Shown one piece after another: positions 9,601 to 23,000 of a stretch of 64,000 bases of DNA. Position 1 is the first letter of the stretch, and each line of letters begins with the position of its first letter. A model generated the notes under the pieces. The model was not told where the DNA came from. It searched no databases and worked only from the letters and a program-made list of their open reading frames with translations. Source of the stretch: Auanema rhodensis (taxonomy: Eukaryota > Animalia > Nematoda); assembly GCA_964057225.1 (NCBI GenBank), contig OZ059898.1, positions 4,774,001 through 4,838,000 of the forward strand, given 5' to 3'. A program made the position numbers and the translations under genes.

Positions 9601-10659
9601 GTCAAAGATCATACACTATAATCAAATAAAAATACTCTGAGGTTGGGTATTCAGATGTGCAGAATCTGAAGTTCTTAGTCAGATTTGGCTGTGACTTTTC
9701 AAATTTCCGGAAAAAAGGTTTATATCGACCCCATCCACAAGATTTGTTCACAAAAAAGTTCAGGCTGTAGGCACGTTGTGTCCGGTGATTGTTCGATTTT
9801 CTCAAAGATCATACACTATTATCAAATAAAAATACTCTGAGGTTGGGTATTCAGATGTGCAGAATCTGAAGTTCTTAGTCAGATTTGGCTGTGACTTTTC
9901 AAATTTCCGGAAAAAAGGTTTATATCGACCCCATCCACAAGATTTGTTCACAAAAAAGTTCAGGCTGTAGGCACGTTGTGTCCGGTGATTGTTCGATTTT
10001 GTCAAAGATTATTAACTATAATCAAATAAAAATACTCTGAGGTTGGGTACTCAGATGTGCAGAATCTGAATTTCTTAGTGAGATTTGGCTGTGACTTTTC
10101 AAATTTCCGGAAAAAAGGTTTATATCGACCCCATCCACAAGATTTGTTCACAAAAAAGTTCAGGCTGTAGGCACGTTGTGTCCGGTGATTGTTCGATTTT
10201 GTCAAAGATTATTAACTATAATCAAATAAAAATACTCTGAGGTTGGGTACTCAGATGTGCAGAATCTGAATTTCTTAGTGAGATTTGGCTGTGACTTTTC
10301 AAATTTCCGGAAAAAAGGTTTATATCGACCCCATCCACAAGATTTGTTCACAAAAAAGTTCAGGCTGTAGGCACGTTGTGTCCGGTGATTGTTCGATTTT
10401 GTCAAAGATTATTAACTATAATCAAATAAAAATACTCTGAGGTTGGGTACTCAGATGTGCAGAATCTGAATTTCTTAGTGAGATTTGGCTGTGACTTTTC
10501 AAATTTCCGGAAAAAAGGTTTATATCGACCCCATCCACAAGATTTGTTCACAAAAAAGTTCAGGCTGTAGGCACGTTGTGTCCGGTGATTGTTCGATTTT
10601 GTCAAAGATTATTAACTATAATCAAATAAAAATACTCTGAGGTTGGGTATTCAGATGTG
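6626..10659. repeat. Tandem array of a 200-bp unit, ~20.2 copies
   Basis: Exact 200-bp periodicity with no indels (e.g. GAGGTTGGGTATTCAGATG recurs every 200 nt); units differ only by a few recurrent substitutions; array stops abruptly at ...TTCAGATGTG 10659. Confidence 0.99.
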
Positions 10660-11510
10660 ACATTTGGTTTATTTTTTTGCTAGATTGTAAATTTTATATT
10701 ATACTCTTTAAATTACACATTAAGTTATAAAGAAATATTTCATTACCATAATATATCATATATTTCGAATAATCAATACGCAAAAAAAGAGATGGAGCAA
10801 AAAACCTGGCTCATCACTTACAATGCGAAATATGTACATGAACAAAACAACAACGACGATCATAGGACATATTGTATGAATGAATATATTATATATCTCT
10901 GATATTGATATATTAAACTTAAACTAATACAAACAATCAATTGCACAGATCTTAGTAGCTAGCTTAACATCTATGACGAGAAAGTTTGATAAAACCAATT
11001 AAGAGCGATAGAATGAGGAAATTTGTGTAAAAACAATAATATGAAGTATATCAATGATAGTTGGAAATTAATTCTTAATTTAATGTTCCAAAGCTTGTTA
11101 ATTCTTTCTTTCATATTTTAAATTGTATGAAGTTCATAAATTAATGCAAAGAAATCTTATTAAAACATTTCAGATAAGATGATTGAAGCTAATGCAGATT
11201 TGAACGTATGTGTTAGGTTATGAATCAATGAAAATAGGCAAAACCTAGCTTAGCGAGATCAAAAGGAATGATTAAAAAGAGAGTAAAACCGGCAAAGAAC
11301 ACATAGAGGGAGGAGGACTATGAAGGAGGGGCCTACATATATTCGATTATTGTATGACTTCTTTGGGAAATAATCTCAGATAATTTAAATATATAATAGA
11401 ATATGCATATATAATAAACTTTCAGTAAAATTTTCCTCTCGCTAAAATAAACAAGGCATTGTGATAATTTTGTGACGTCGAAGAAAGCGAAACAAGCACG
11501 ATAGTAAGTG

Positions 11511-11516
<6 letters not shown>

Positions 11517-11567
<51 letters not shown>

Positions 11568-11583
11568 ATATATATATATATAT
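11517..11583. repeat. (TA)n microsatellite downstream of the cnt-2 stop codon
   Basis: Direct reading; similar (TA)n tracts at ~16980-17031, ~49508-49559, ~63729-63759. Confidence 0.95.
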
Positions 11584-11724
11584 TGGAAAAAAACATTTCT
11601 AATCCACAGAATGAGTAACCGAGAACAAATATACAGAGAACAAATACCCGCAACTATCCATTATGAACAATAATTGGCTTCGAAGATAAAGAGTGAGTGT
11701 CAAAAGTAGCATAGAATAATTGCC

Positions 11725-14700
11725 TTAGATTATGCTGGCTGGAAGATATTCAAAAGCAGCGGCATTATCTCGAACTCTATCGCGTTCTCGACGTGATGAT
11801 GATTTCGATGTACCGGTAGTTCTTCTATTTACTACTGTATCATCAGAACCTAGACATGTGTAATCTCTATTAGACAGAGAACCCATGATGGCACCCTAAA
11901 ATCAATTGGTTAAAATACTTAAGATATATCTTTAGATTACCTCTGGGATGGATATTTGATGATGAGTACTAGTTTGGGGAGGAGGCATTCCATAATCTGA
12001 TTTCATTCCAGCAGTTAATAAAACTTGAACAATCTCCTCAAATCCTTGATGCTGAGCATGCCAGAGACAAGAACGGCCTTGCTCATCAAGAGCCATCATG
12101 TCCGCATTATGCTGCAAATTAAATTTATAAAAACGCGAACAAAAATGACAAAATTTACCCAAAGTAATAATTGAACCATTTCCAGACTGCCAATGCTGCA
12201 AGCTAAATGAAGCGGTGTTCGGCGATCACGGCCAGAGACACATGAATTAACATCTTCTGATGTGGCTCGAGCTAATAATAGAGAAGCTACTGCTACATCA
12301 CGGGTTAAAACAGCGGACACAAGCTGAGAACTGACAGTTTCATCTACTCGAAGAAGAGGTAGGAATCGCTTTTGTTCATATTTTGATCGAATCCACTGTT
12401 CTTTCTGTTCACGAGAGCTTTCAGGCTGAGGCTTCTTGTCAGCTGGAGCGTTGTGTTCCCACAGCTTGTTGGCAGCTTCATTTCCAATGGCTTGCATAAC
12501 AGCTAAGCATTCGACAGGCCAATCATCCAACTCTAACGATCGTACACGGGAAACATGGGAGCCGAGATTTCGATGAATACCACAGCATTCGATACAAATT
12601 ATCGTTCCTAGATTCAAGCTGGCCCAATCAGGATTAAACGCTCCACAGTCGGCACATTTACTATTTCCAGGAAGTTGACGAAGAGCTTGCACTTCTTCAC
12701 GATTTCCATGAGCACGGTTACTCGGTTGGGACATCTGGTTCTGTAGTGCTCGCTCGATTTGTTCTTCAATAGCAGACACCCATTCATCACGTTCTTCAGC
12801 AGAAGCTGCGCAAAACTCCCAACGTTTTTGATCACAAGAAACAATCTATAAAAAAAAGTTATATTCTAGATGAACATTTTAAACAAATACCTCAAAACAC
12901 TCTTCATCTTCATCTGCATGCTTACTACTAGAACCTAGACGACGATGTCCACCACCTCGTCGTTTCTTTCCACTGGAAACCGTATGAGGAGTTTGAGGAG
13001 CAGTGGTTGATTCTTTAGCATCGTCAGAGCCACCGCCTGAAGTTCCTTCTCCAGCATCACTTTTTCTCTCAATTTGGCCGTTAGTGGTAGAAGCAACGAC
13101 AGCTGGTCCTGCTTCGTCTGATGTAGTTGTAGTTGTGCTGGTAGCCATGCGTTGAGTATTTCTAGGTCTTTGGCGCCCAGCCAAACGAACGGTAGCTAAA
13201 GCTAAGTTAACCTAAACAAATTTAAAATAAACAAGAAGTTCGAATAAGTAATGTATTACCTCTTTTCCATGAGCAGCTTTATCCATATAGTCTTTCAAAT
13301 TATGGTGATATGTAAGCTTTCCATCACTGTATAAGCATACATACTTCTTCTTCCACTCGCGATTTAAAGCACTCTTGGCACTTTTCTTGTATAAATGGCC
13401 TTGCTTTATAGGAATAGCTCGTCCAACGCCATGATTTAAAGCTTCAATAGCTTTATTCTTTTCCTCTGCAGCGTCTTTTGGTCTTTGGAAAATATTGGAG
13501 ATTCGACGGTTTTTCCGTTGAGTAGTTGGCGTGGAAGAAGGAGTGGGTAAGTGAGATGTACTGGCACTAGCAGCAGACAATCCTTCTGACGGACCATATT
13601 GTTCAGTAGAAGTAGGAGTATCCAATAAAGCGGCGGATGATCTTGTATGCAAACCTGAAAACAAACGACGTAAACAAGTAAAAGGCAAAAAAGACAAACG
13701 CCCTTCTTTAGTATACCCACGTTTAAGAAGTAACTGTTTTAAAGTTTGTAAGAATATAAAGAATTGACTGATTTTTGGATCGGTTTCGATCTCAAGCATA
13801 AGTATTATTACTAAACTTGAGTTATTGGAAGAGGCAGGCAAGAATAAAAGAAGTGAACAAGTCATACAGTACAATTGTACCATTTCATTATAATTAGTTC
13901 TTATTTAAGTGAAGGGCCTAATCATGAAGGGGTCTTATATATTCAATGTGACGTAGACACTCTCAAAAGATGTTCAGTTAGAATGAATAAATTGAATAAG
14001 CGAACAACTGGAGCGCTCGAATGAGGTCATAATTCTGAGCGAAGAAAAAGTTTAAATAGAAATACAATATTAAGGAAATTTTAAAAAGCAATAGAAAATT
14101 TTGTATTAACTAACCGTTCGTAAGACTTCCTAGACTTTTGTGACTACTGGATGGTGATAAATCACGGTATTCTAGCTGACTGGATCGGCTGGCAAAAGCG
14201 GAAGCAGATGATGGCATCATGGATTGATAAGCGGCAGATAAAGCACGCTGTTGTTGCTGCTGCTCGGCAGCTCCACGGGATGAGCCTGAAAATCCAACTG
14301 AATTACGTAGACAGGCGATCAAGAAGCGATAGATAGCCTAACTGGCCACATATGAAAATATACTGATGAACGAAGCGTATGGTCTTTGAGTGACAACAAC
14401 CAGGATATAGGAGGGTGACAGAGAGAATGCAGCGGAAAAGTAGACATACTAGGTCAACAAACCATTAGAACATCGATAGTAAGTAGAGCTTCAGAGGATA
14501 TAAAGAAGATCAGAACGTTGCGATTGGCTTAGTTTTTCATAAAAATTGAAAGAACTAACAAGGAAGCAATCTATTCGACTGTTTTCGTTGTTCATTTCAC
14601 TCACTCTCCATGTTCAGCATATATTGCGTTTCCGATAAGATAACACCTTGCCTTGCCTAACAGGAGAGTGGGATAATAAAAAAATAAAAACAAATAAAGC

Positions 14701-16977
14701 AAAGATGAACAACAGTAAGATAATCTTTGGCTTAATAATGATGTTGAAATAATGATCGAGAGAAAGGTAGAAAAATCTAATTTCACACACACATATATAT
14801 ATATATACTCCGTAAAAGTAAATACATTTCAATGATGGAAACTCGAAAGAAGAGTGACGGAATTGAATAGATGGACATATCCCACCGGCAACTGCTCGTG
14901 AGTGCTGTTAGATCCCTGCTGGTACTACTCGTTTTTCACGTGACACAAACCTAGAGACAAGGAATTGCTCGCAACAGTTGTGCAGACCAGATGACATGAT
15001 TGAGTTACGGTTTACATTAAATAGCCAAAATCTCTAATACATCACTCAAATTAAAGCCAAAGGTTTAAAAACAGTAAATATGTAAGAAGGGCGAGACATT
15101 ATACAGGTCATATGACCCCCACGAAAGGTATAGGTAGGATCTGTACGCATGTACCTAACTGCAGTCTATTTTCTGTTTATTCTATCTAATGTCAGTCGAC
15201 TTTTTTCGACAAAAAGTCATATTTAGTCAACTAACAGCAAGTTATACAACTATTCATACTAGAACGTGAGACATTTGTATCAACGAAAAACGTCTGTCAA
15301 CACATTTTTGAAATTGTATTGAACTGTATGTATAACACTGACCATAAAATATAGCGAAGCTTATATTATATCGCTCGTTCATCAGTAATGTTCAATATAA
15401 AAACTCACCATATCCAGAATATTCACGATGGTTAACGTGACTACGTCGAGATGAGCCATTGTTCACATCATGTAGAGGAGCATACGATGAAGATCTGGCA
15501 CTATACGCATTTTTGCCAGAAACTGACATAGCAGTTCCATAGAGGTATCGAGAATCCTAAAATAATAGTTAGATATATGTTACATGAGTAAAGAGCCATA
15601 CCTGATAATCTCTTTTATCGTCACGAGAACCTACAGATCCAATAGATGGTGTAGTTGGGGTAGTAGTCCGGCTCAGTGTGGAGATATATGGTCCACCAAG
15701 AGTAGTACGCTGACGCATGATAATGCGTGCACAAGCTGAAACAAAAAAATGGTAAAAAGTATTTAAAGGAAACAAAGAAAACTTCGAAAATATAAGTGTA
15801 AATAATTGCATTCGACAACATGTGAAATGAATTGTTCTCGTTGATGTGGGGTTCAACAGGCAGAAACAACACAAAGTTATTACTTGACAATCTCTCTTTC
15901 TTCTCTCACTTTTCTTCTCTTTCACGTTTCATATAATGACAACCCCCTAACGGAACTGGATCTACACCATAAAAAAGCAACGTTGCACAGGAGAACAGTA
16001 TATGAGTGATCAAAGATGACAAAATATGAGGAAAAAGTGTTACTTGTCAGCAAATGACATCAAACAACATCCATGTTGTGCACAAAAAAATGGCATTGAC
16101 TTAGTAAAACTTTCTTTATATAGATTAGGCTCTTTCAGAAATTGTAAGAAGCGTGAAACCGCATTTAGCAAAAACATCGACGCCTTCTACTCTCTTCTGT
16201 CCACTCATTCCAAATCCTCATGGGAATTGATTTATCAGTCAGTACTATGTAATGGGTGCAGTGGAACTCGCGCATATGTCAGATTTTGAGAGAAAGAAGG
16301 AAAACTGAAGCTTTCACGTATATAATAGGGAAATAAGGATAAAAGTGAAACAGCCTATATGAAACCAGAACAAACTTCTAATGAAATTATGCAATCAAAC
16401 AACTTATGTTTATAGAAGCATAATTTCAACAAAAAGACAATATAACTCTTAAAAATGGGAAGCCATTTATCAATCTTTTGAAGAACTGGAATGGATTTCC
16501 CAATTTGAAGTATTCGTAATTCGAGTCTCTACGGAAAACAGCCTTCGAAGATTGAGGAAACGTGTCGCAAATTTCTGCACACTTCCGTAAAGTTGAAAAG
16601 ATGAAACTACTATATAGTACATCAGCAACCAAAAATCTTCAATTCTTCAAAATTATTGAAAACAAGCAACACAAAAAAAGAACTTTTCCGTCATTGTGAT
16701 CAATGTTTAAACTTTTTACGCAAAAACTTGATTGATGCGTATTGTGTCGGCATTTCTGAAGAAACCCGAAAATTTGCATAATCCACCTCCGGTCGTTTTA
16801 CCGACTCTTTAGAGTTTCCTTGCTGTTTCCGGCACTCGTCTTTTCAAACATGTGATATTAGGTAAGAATTGTGCAATAGTAAAAAAAAGTTCACGAGTAA
16901 AGAGAAGATGAATTGATCAAAAAGAGGTAAAGATATAAATTATATAATAATAAGAGTATCTAAGAGTTAATAAAAGA

Positions 16978-17033
<56 letters not shown>

Positions 17034-20000
17034 CACATATTCGTAGTGAATATAAATTATAGAAGAATATTCGAAGAATTTGGATAAACAGCTCAAATAA
17101 AGAAGCTGTTGAGACAAAACTTGAAAACAACATCAAGACAAGTCGATAAACGTTCTGATTCAAATATGACTGAAACAACTTCAAGCAACATCATTGGACA
17201 ACCCACTCAGTTCATTGAAAACAACAAAAGAGATAGACGAATGAATCTATGTTGATAGTTGTGGCGTTCTATTTGAAGCAAACGTAAGAGTCGAAAACTT
17301 TTTTATCACACTGACATTTCTGAAGCAAAATATAAAATGAGACAACGTTAAGATGTTCTATAAAGAATCATAGACAGAAATGTCATTCTATCAAACTCTA
17401 TTACCAATGGGTCAGCAATGCTATGGCCATTACACTTGACTATAATTAATCAATTACTTAATTGAGCATAGCTGGTAATAGGTAGCTAAGAGCAACCAAA
17501 TATGAGAAAATGTGGTTGCCAGCCTTAATTCTTTATCTCCATCTGTCACAAAAATATGAGAATTAGTTAATATAGAAGGTTTTGTTGTTTTGTGTAATAA
17601 GAAACACAAAAAGAAATGAGCAGCAACATTTCGACTTTTCGGATTTTGACAACAAATACACAGTAAGCAAGGAGTAAATAGTAACTAAACGAAGGTAAAG
17701 TTCAGATTTCAAGAAACAGCAACAAGATGTGAAGAGAGAGAAAAAGAGCCATTCATTCATCTCACATCAATGCATGCATACATGCTTGTATGTAAATACG
17801 TAAAATGAGTAAAACTCGACATTGTCTGCATCTCAATCTTGAATACGCTCTTCCTTTCTAGCTGTCTCTCGCGTATACTACTACGCTCGTATATGCCTCG
17901 CAGTCTCTCTATTTCACCATCACTTTCGCCCCTTCCCCCCCCCCCACCCACATCTCGATGTTTCTTCTCGTCTATATAGGCCCTGAGGGCAAGGGGTAGA
18001 ACTGCAGGCAACTAAGAACGGAAGATTGGAAAAGGCAGAATAAAGATACATAATACTAAACCCAGTAAGCAAGAGAATCCCAATGGCAACCGATGAGCAA
18101 AATCCTTCAACCAAATGTGACATGTAGCTAGTATGTGTCAAACTGTCAGTACTTATGTTACCCCAGGTTTAATTATAATTGATATTATAAATTTACCATC
18201 TTTGAATACTCGTTCTACATTTAGCCCAAACTTCGAGCTCGTTTCATAATAACTGCATCGCTTAAAATGATTCGCTAACTGTTTTCCTTCTTCTTCACTG
18301 ATTACACGTGGAGTAACATCGGAAACGGCGTCCTGAAATACACGTTAATACGAGTTAAATCTCTTCTGATATTACCTTGGTGCCGACAACCAACAAAGGC
18401 ATATCGCCTAGATGGCGGAACTTGCTCAAATGATTGTAAAGATGTCCTACGTTTTCAAAACTCTCGCGGTTTTCGACGCCGAATACAAAAATCAAAGCGT
18501 CACACCAGAGAGCAAACTGAAATATGTAAAATTTATTTTTCTAAATGTATATAGATATAATATATAAAGTAATTTTATATAATTTTATCAACTAACACAA
18601 TCTCAAAAGCAGAGTTGGTAAATAACGAGAAAAAAGATTGACAGACACGGGCAACATAAGTTTGAGTGTCATGATATATCTCAGAAGGGTCGTTTATGAA
18701 ATGACCATATGGTGCATGTGTCATATGGGTAATATAGAAGAGCGTAATACTAGACGAAGCTCGATATGCTTACACTAGAAGTAGGTATCATACTCAGATA
18801 AGATGACAGTTAATGGCATAAAATACTAAATTATATCTCTAGGTAATATATGAATCATACTAATGGTTCAAAAAAATATTATGTATGAGACAACCGTGAG
18901 TACATACAGACAATTATTGCTGGTTTGTCGGAAGAGAAATAATAAATGTAAGTGTACACCTAGAAAGAGAAAGCAAACACTCCCTGAGGCGATAAGTGGT
19001 TAACCGTGAACGTGTTGACAATGAGCATACAGAAAGAAAAGTTTAGTCGACCACCTCAATTCGTTAAGAACTCTATGAACTCATCGGTTCATAGAGTTCT
19101 CAACAGAAGAAACAAAAGAAAATCAAAAGTTAGAATAACCAAATAGTAAAGTAATAGTTATAATTATTAAGTTGTGTTGAGGTCTAAGATTATCTAAATT
19201 AGCAGACTTAGAAACAAGTTAAGCTGTCAAAAAAGATGACTTAATCGAATGATTGTCATTCTACCGGGAAGAAATATGTCACTTTATGATCTTAGCTCTT
19301 AATGAGCGTATAATCCAGATCATGAATCAATTCAAAATACTTATAAATAATACAAAATGTAATATGACGATTAAAAATAAATAATTTTATAGAAAATTGA
19401 TGTAACATAAACGAAAAAAATAAAATATATAAACAATATAACAAACCTGTACGTCTGGGAGAGCTAGACCTTCGTCACGAATCAGAAGTAAATGTGATTG
19501 ACCGTCAATAACAACTTCCTTCTTGAAACGACCACCTGAAAGTAAATTATTAAAACAGATTTTAGAAGAAAGACATAATTATAGAATGAAAATTGGATAT
19601 GTAATTATATATATAATAACGTTTACAGTTTGAGAAGATATAGAAAGTGAAGAGAAAACGACGCGTAGGATATCATTTTCCAAAATCTAGGTTCCATTCA
19701 GGTGAAGTGGGAGAGACCCTCATTAGGATAGGATTTACGGATACTCCTCTTAAGATTTGAGCTGTCTATACCGGGTCAAAGTTATCAAGTCGGATCTTTT
19801 AAGAACATTGGTAGGATCACGCAAGCCAAATCATGAGAGTGGAATAATATCTAAGAAATTAGATAATAATATTGACCCTATTGAACAGCGGAGCAACAGA
19901 TACAGGTCGAGAAATGTCTTAGGTTTCATCAAATCAACTACTAAATAATTTGTATTTCAGTTGTCAGATTAAAAAGCTAATTTATAGTTGAAATCAAAAT

Positions 20001-23000
20001 TTAAAAATTTTTCAAGATCAATAAGAAGTAACAATTCAAATGTAGATGAATCATCGTGAAGAATACATATTAATAAAATAAAAAGGCATAAATGTAGACA
20101 AGATACACATAAACCACCTTATTCTCATGCTCAATAATCTCACACCTTACACGAAAGACCCGTGGGCATGTCTATATAATGCTTGGGAAGCTTTCACGCA
20201 AACAATATGCCAAACCTATTTGGTTATGTTCTTTTCTGTTCCAAAAAGCCCAGTGGGCTGCATAACAGTATATTCAAGTAGGTTCAACATATTGGTATTC
20301 ACATTAGAGTTCTGTTTCGAGCGCCAAAAAGTAATCTTTGATCGTCTAAACATAAAAAACAAGAGTGAAACTTGGGGATATTAATAAGAGATTTGTTTCA
20401 ACGATGAAAAAAATATAATGCAGTAGGAAACAAGAGGAACTAACTTCAGCTATTGCTCATAAATGATCTGTACATATAACATTCTGTGAGAAACTTAACT
20501 TATCACACTGTTATAAGTAATAAAAGTAGGATCGTAAATGACAAGCATAACCATATGAATATGACATGTTGGGAATTATTGTAACACTTACGTAAATAGA
20601 TATAACCCAAGATTAAAATAATGGGAATCGAAAGTAAGATGTTCAGTGAATTCGATAAGAACGTATAAGAGAAAAGTTAAGAATACATACCTTCTGGACT
20701 TTCTTCTGCTGTAAATGTGCCGGTAAGATAACGATGAATGAGAGATGTCTTCCCGGAGTGAGCAGCTCCAACAACGCCCTGAAAATTTGTATGGTTAGAG
20801 AATAATTGTAGTTCAAAGAGAAATATCACTTGTTTATAATGTCAATAAAGACAAACGTTCAACAGGCACAGACAAGCAAAGTGTACAAATGTGAGATCAC
20901 AAATGCAGACAGTAGCATTAAAATGAGAGAACTAACTGATTGTCATTTAAAAGAATCTTGTTCTGCAGCTTGAACAGGTTACAAGTACTATTGAGAAGTT
21001 GATAAAAATGAAAGGTAATCTGGCGACAGTGCTATACGTATATGGTTAATCCATATTCCAAATAAGAACACAAAAGCTTGTGCCGAACTCATGCGAACAA
21101 GCAAGGTCGAACAAATATAGACGTCGCGTTTAACATTTCTTTTCCAAAATCAGAATGGGCGTATACTATATCATATCGATTCGATTGCAGAGTTAATAAC
21201 CTTTTCATATTTTATAACTCATATATGAAGTGGATGCCTATAGTACAACTTTGAAGCGAATCATGTTGTAAAGCTTTCGGCTTATCTGATCACAACCGAC
21301 AATTTGCCCTAGGTATTAATAGCTTATACAATGACAAGCCACTGGTCATAGGTGCGTGCTTCAAGGACCATAAATTCTTACATAAGACAAAGGGCTTCCG
21401 ACAGTTTTCATGTTAATCGAACTAGGGGTACATAAGAGCCAGAAGGTGGGAACATTAACGAATAAAGAGAAAGCGCTCATAAGGAAGGTTTCAATAAGAA
21501 TGCAGATGACCTGAATTGAGATTGAGATAACTGAACCTATTTTTCATTAGCCAATTATCGAATATACGGCCGGTCTTTAATTAGAGGGCATAGCTTAGTC
21601 GATAGTGAGAGAAGTACTGCGGTTGGGCAATATAGAGAATATAAGATATTCAAACTAATATATGATCAATATATAAAATGAACAATGCAATGTAAAGGGC
21701 TGAATTATTGAACTCCAAAGGTTTTCACATTGTCACAGGAATTTGAGTTAAAAGCGAGCAACACATGGTTGAGCCGCTTTCTCGAATCAAGTGCCGCAAA
21801 CTGCCGTCTGGTATGGTCAAGATAGTCGTCGGTTTGCTTCTAAACTGTTCGATTACGCTAATGCAAGGTGGCGTAACATGTACGCGGAAAGGCTTTTAGA
21901 TTCAAATGAAGCGGAACGTTCTGCACCAGTCGTATCTCATTGGCTCCAATGTTGAAATAAAGACAAGAGAGAAGCAAATAAATGTCTTGGGGAAGTCTTG
22001 TAAAGCACTGTTAAAATTTCCTAGTAACAGCTATAGTAAAGGTTAAAATGATCGTAAACGATTTAGAAAGCAAGGCGGCGAAAGGAAAATGGAATCAAAT
22101 GGCGTGTTCACGCATGAGATATTAAGAAGTGTGATTGCATTTATGAAAGTGAACATAAGAACGAATGAGATGCCCGCAGAAATCAGATTGGTGTTCCGTT
22201 GAAATATGTATATAATATATTCAGAAAATATGAAATAGAGATAAAAAGGGAACGAAAATGAAATAGATCTCAATGATCAGAATACAGAAGTACGCAAAAC
22301 GGATAGCAAATTATAATAAATGATATTTCATATCAGTAATATAGAACTGATGTGTAGTATCTTCGTCACATAATATAAATAACTTCTAAAACGGATAGAT
22401 ATTGTAACTTGAATTTAGGATATAAAATCGAAATGAAAAGTTTAAATATCATCTTCATATTAGATCGGATTGGTGGCACCAAAATTATCGAACTAGTTAG
22501 GCCTGTCTATAACAGCACTATGTCTAATTCGTATTCTCACTGAATACGCCTGATACATATATATATTTATATGTATATGTATATTCTAATAAGGCCAATG
22601 TATACTGATTGACAGGCAGGCTACGGTTGACAACTGAAAACGGACGACGGTTTTCAATTAGTGGTCGGACATGTAAGACAGATACGGGACAGCGACGTGA
22701 AGTTCAATTAATTTTGTGAACCTTTTACCAGTAGTTACAGATGGACAGGCCGGCTGGTACCCTCCCTCCTGGGAAATAGTATATAAACGAACTGCCCTAT
22801 TCAAAGTATATCACAATGAAGAAGAAAAATATTCTAAGGTTTTCAGTAAAAGAGCAGAAGCACAGTTTAGAATCGTGACAAATGTCATAAATATAATAAA
22901 CTTCATATTTACGTAGCATAGATCGAAATGAGTTGATTAAGAACTTCGCGCAGAAAATAGCCACGTTGTAAGATCGAATAAATGAGGTTAACGTGCATAC

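Noticed and set aside
6602-10605. Nineteen near-identical 67-aa minus-strand ORFs (MTKSNNHR...) with overlapping stop/start
   Set aside because: They start at TTG, not ATG, in a eukaryote; they follow from the 200-bp period; several unit variants change amino acids; no recognisable domain.
6626-10659. CRISPR-like, 5S rDNA or tRNA array interpretation
   Set aside because: No unique spacers, no cas genes, eukaryotic context; no 5S or tRNA motifs in the monomer.
11333-11653. IYIYIY-type and hydrophobic F/L/I-rich short ORFs here and at ~16917-17184, 63634-63912 and throughout introns
   Set aside because: Translations of (TA)n microsatellites and AT-rich non-coding DNA.
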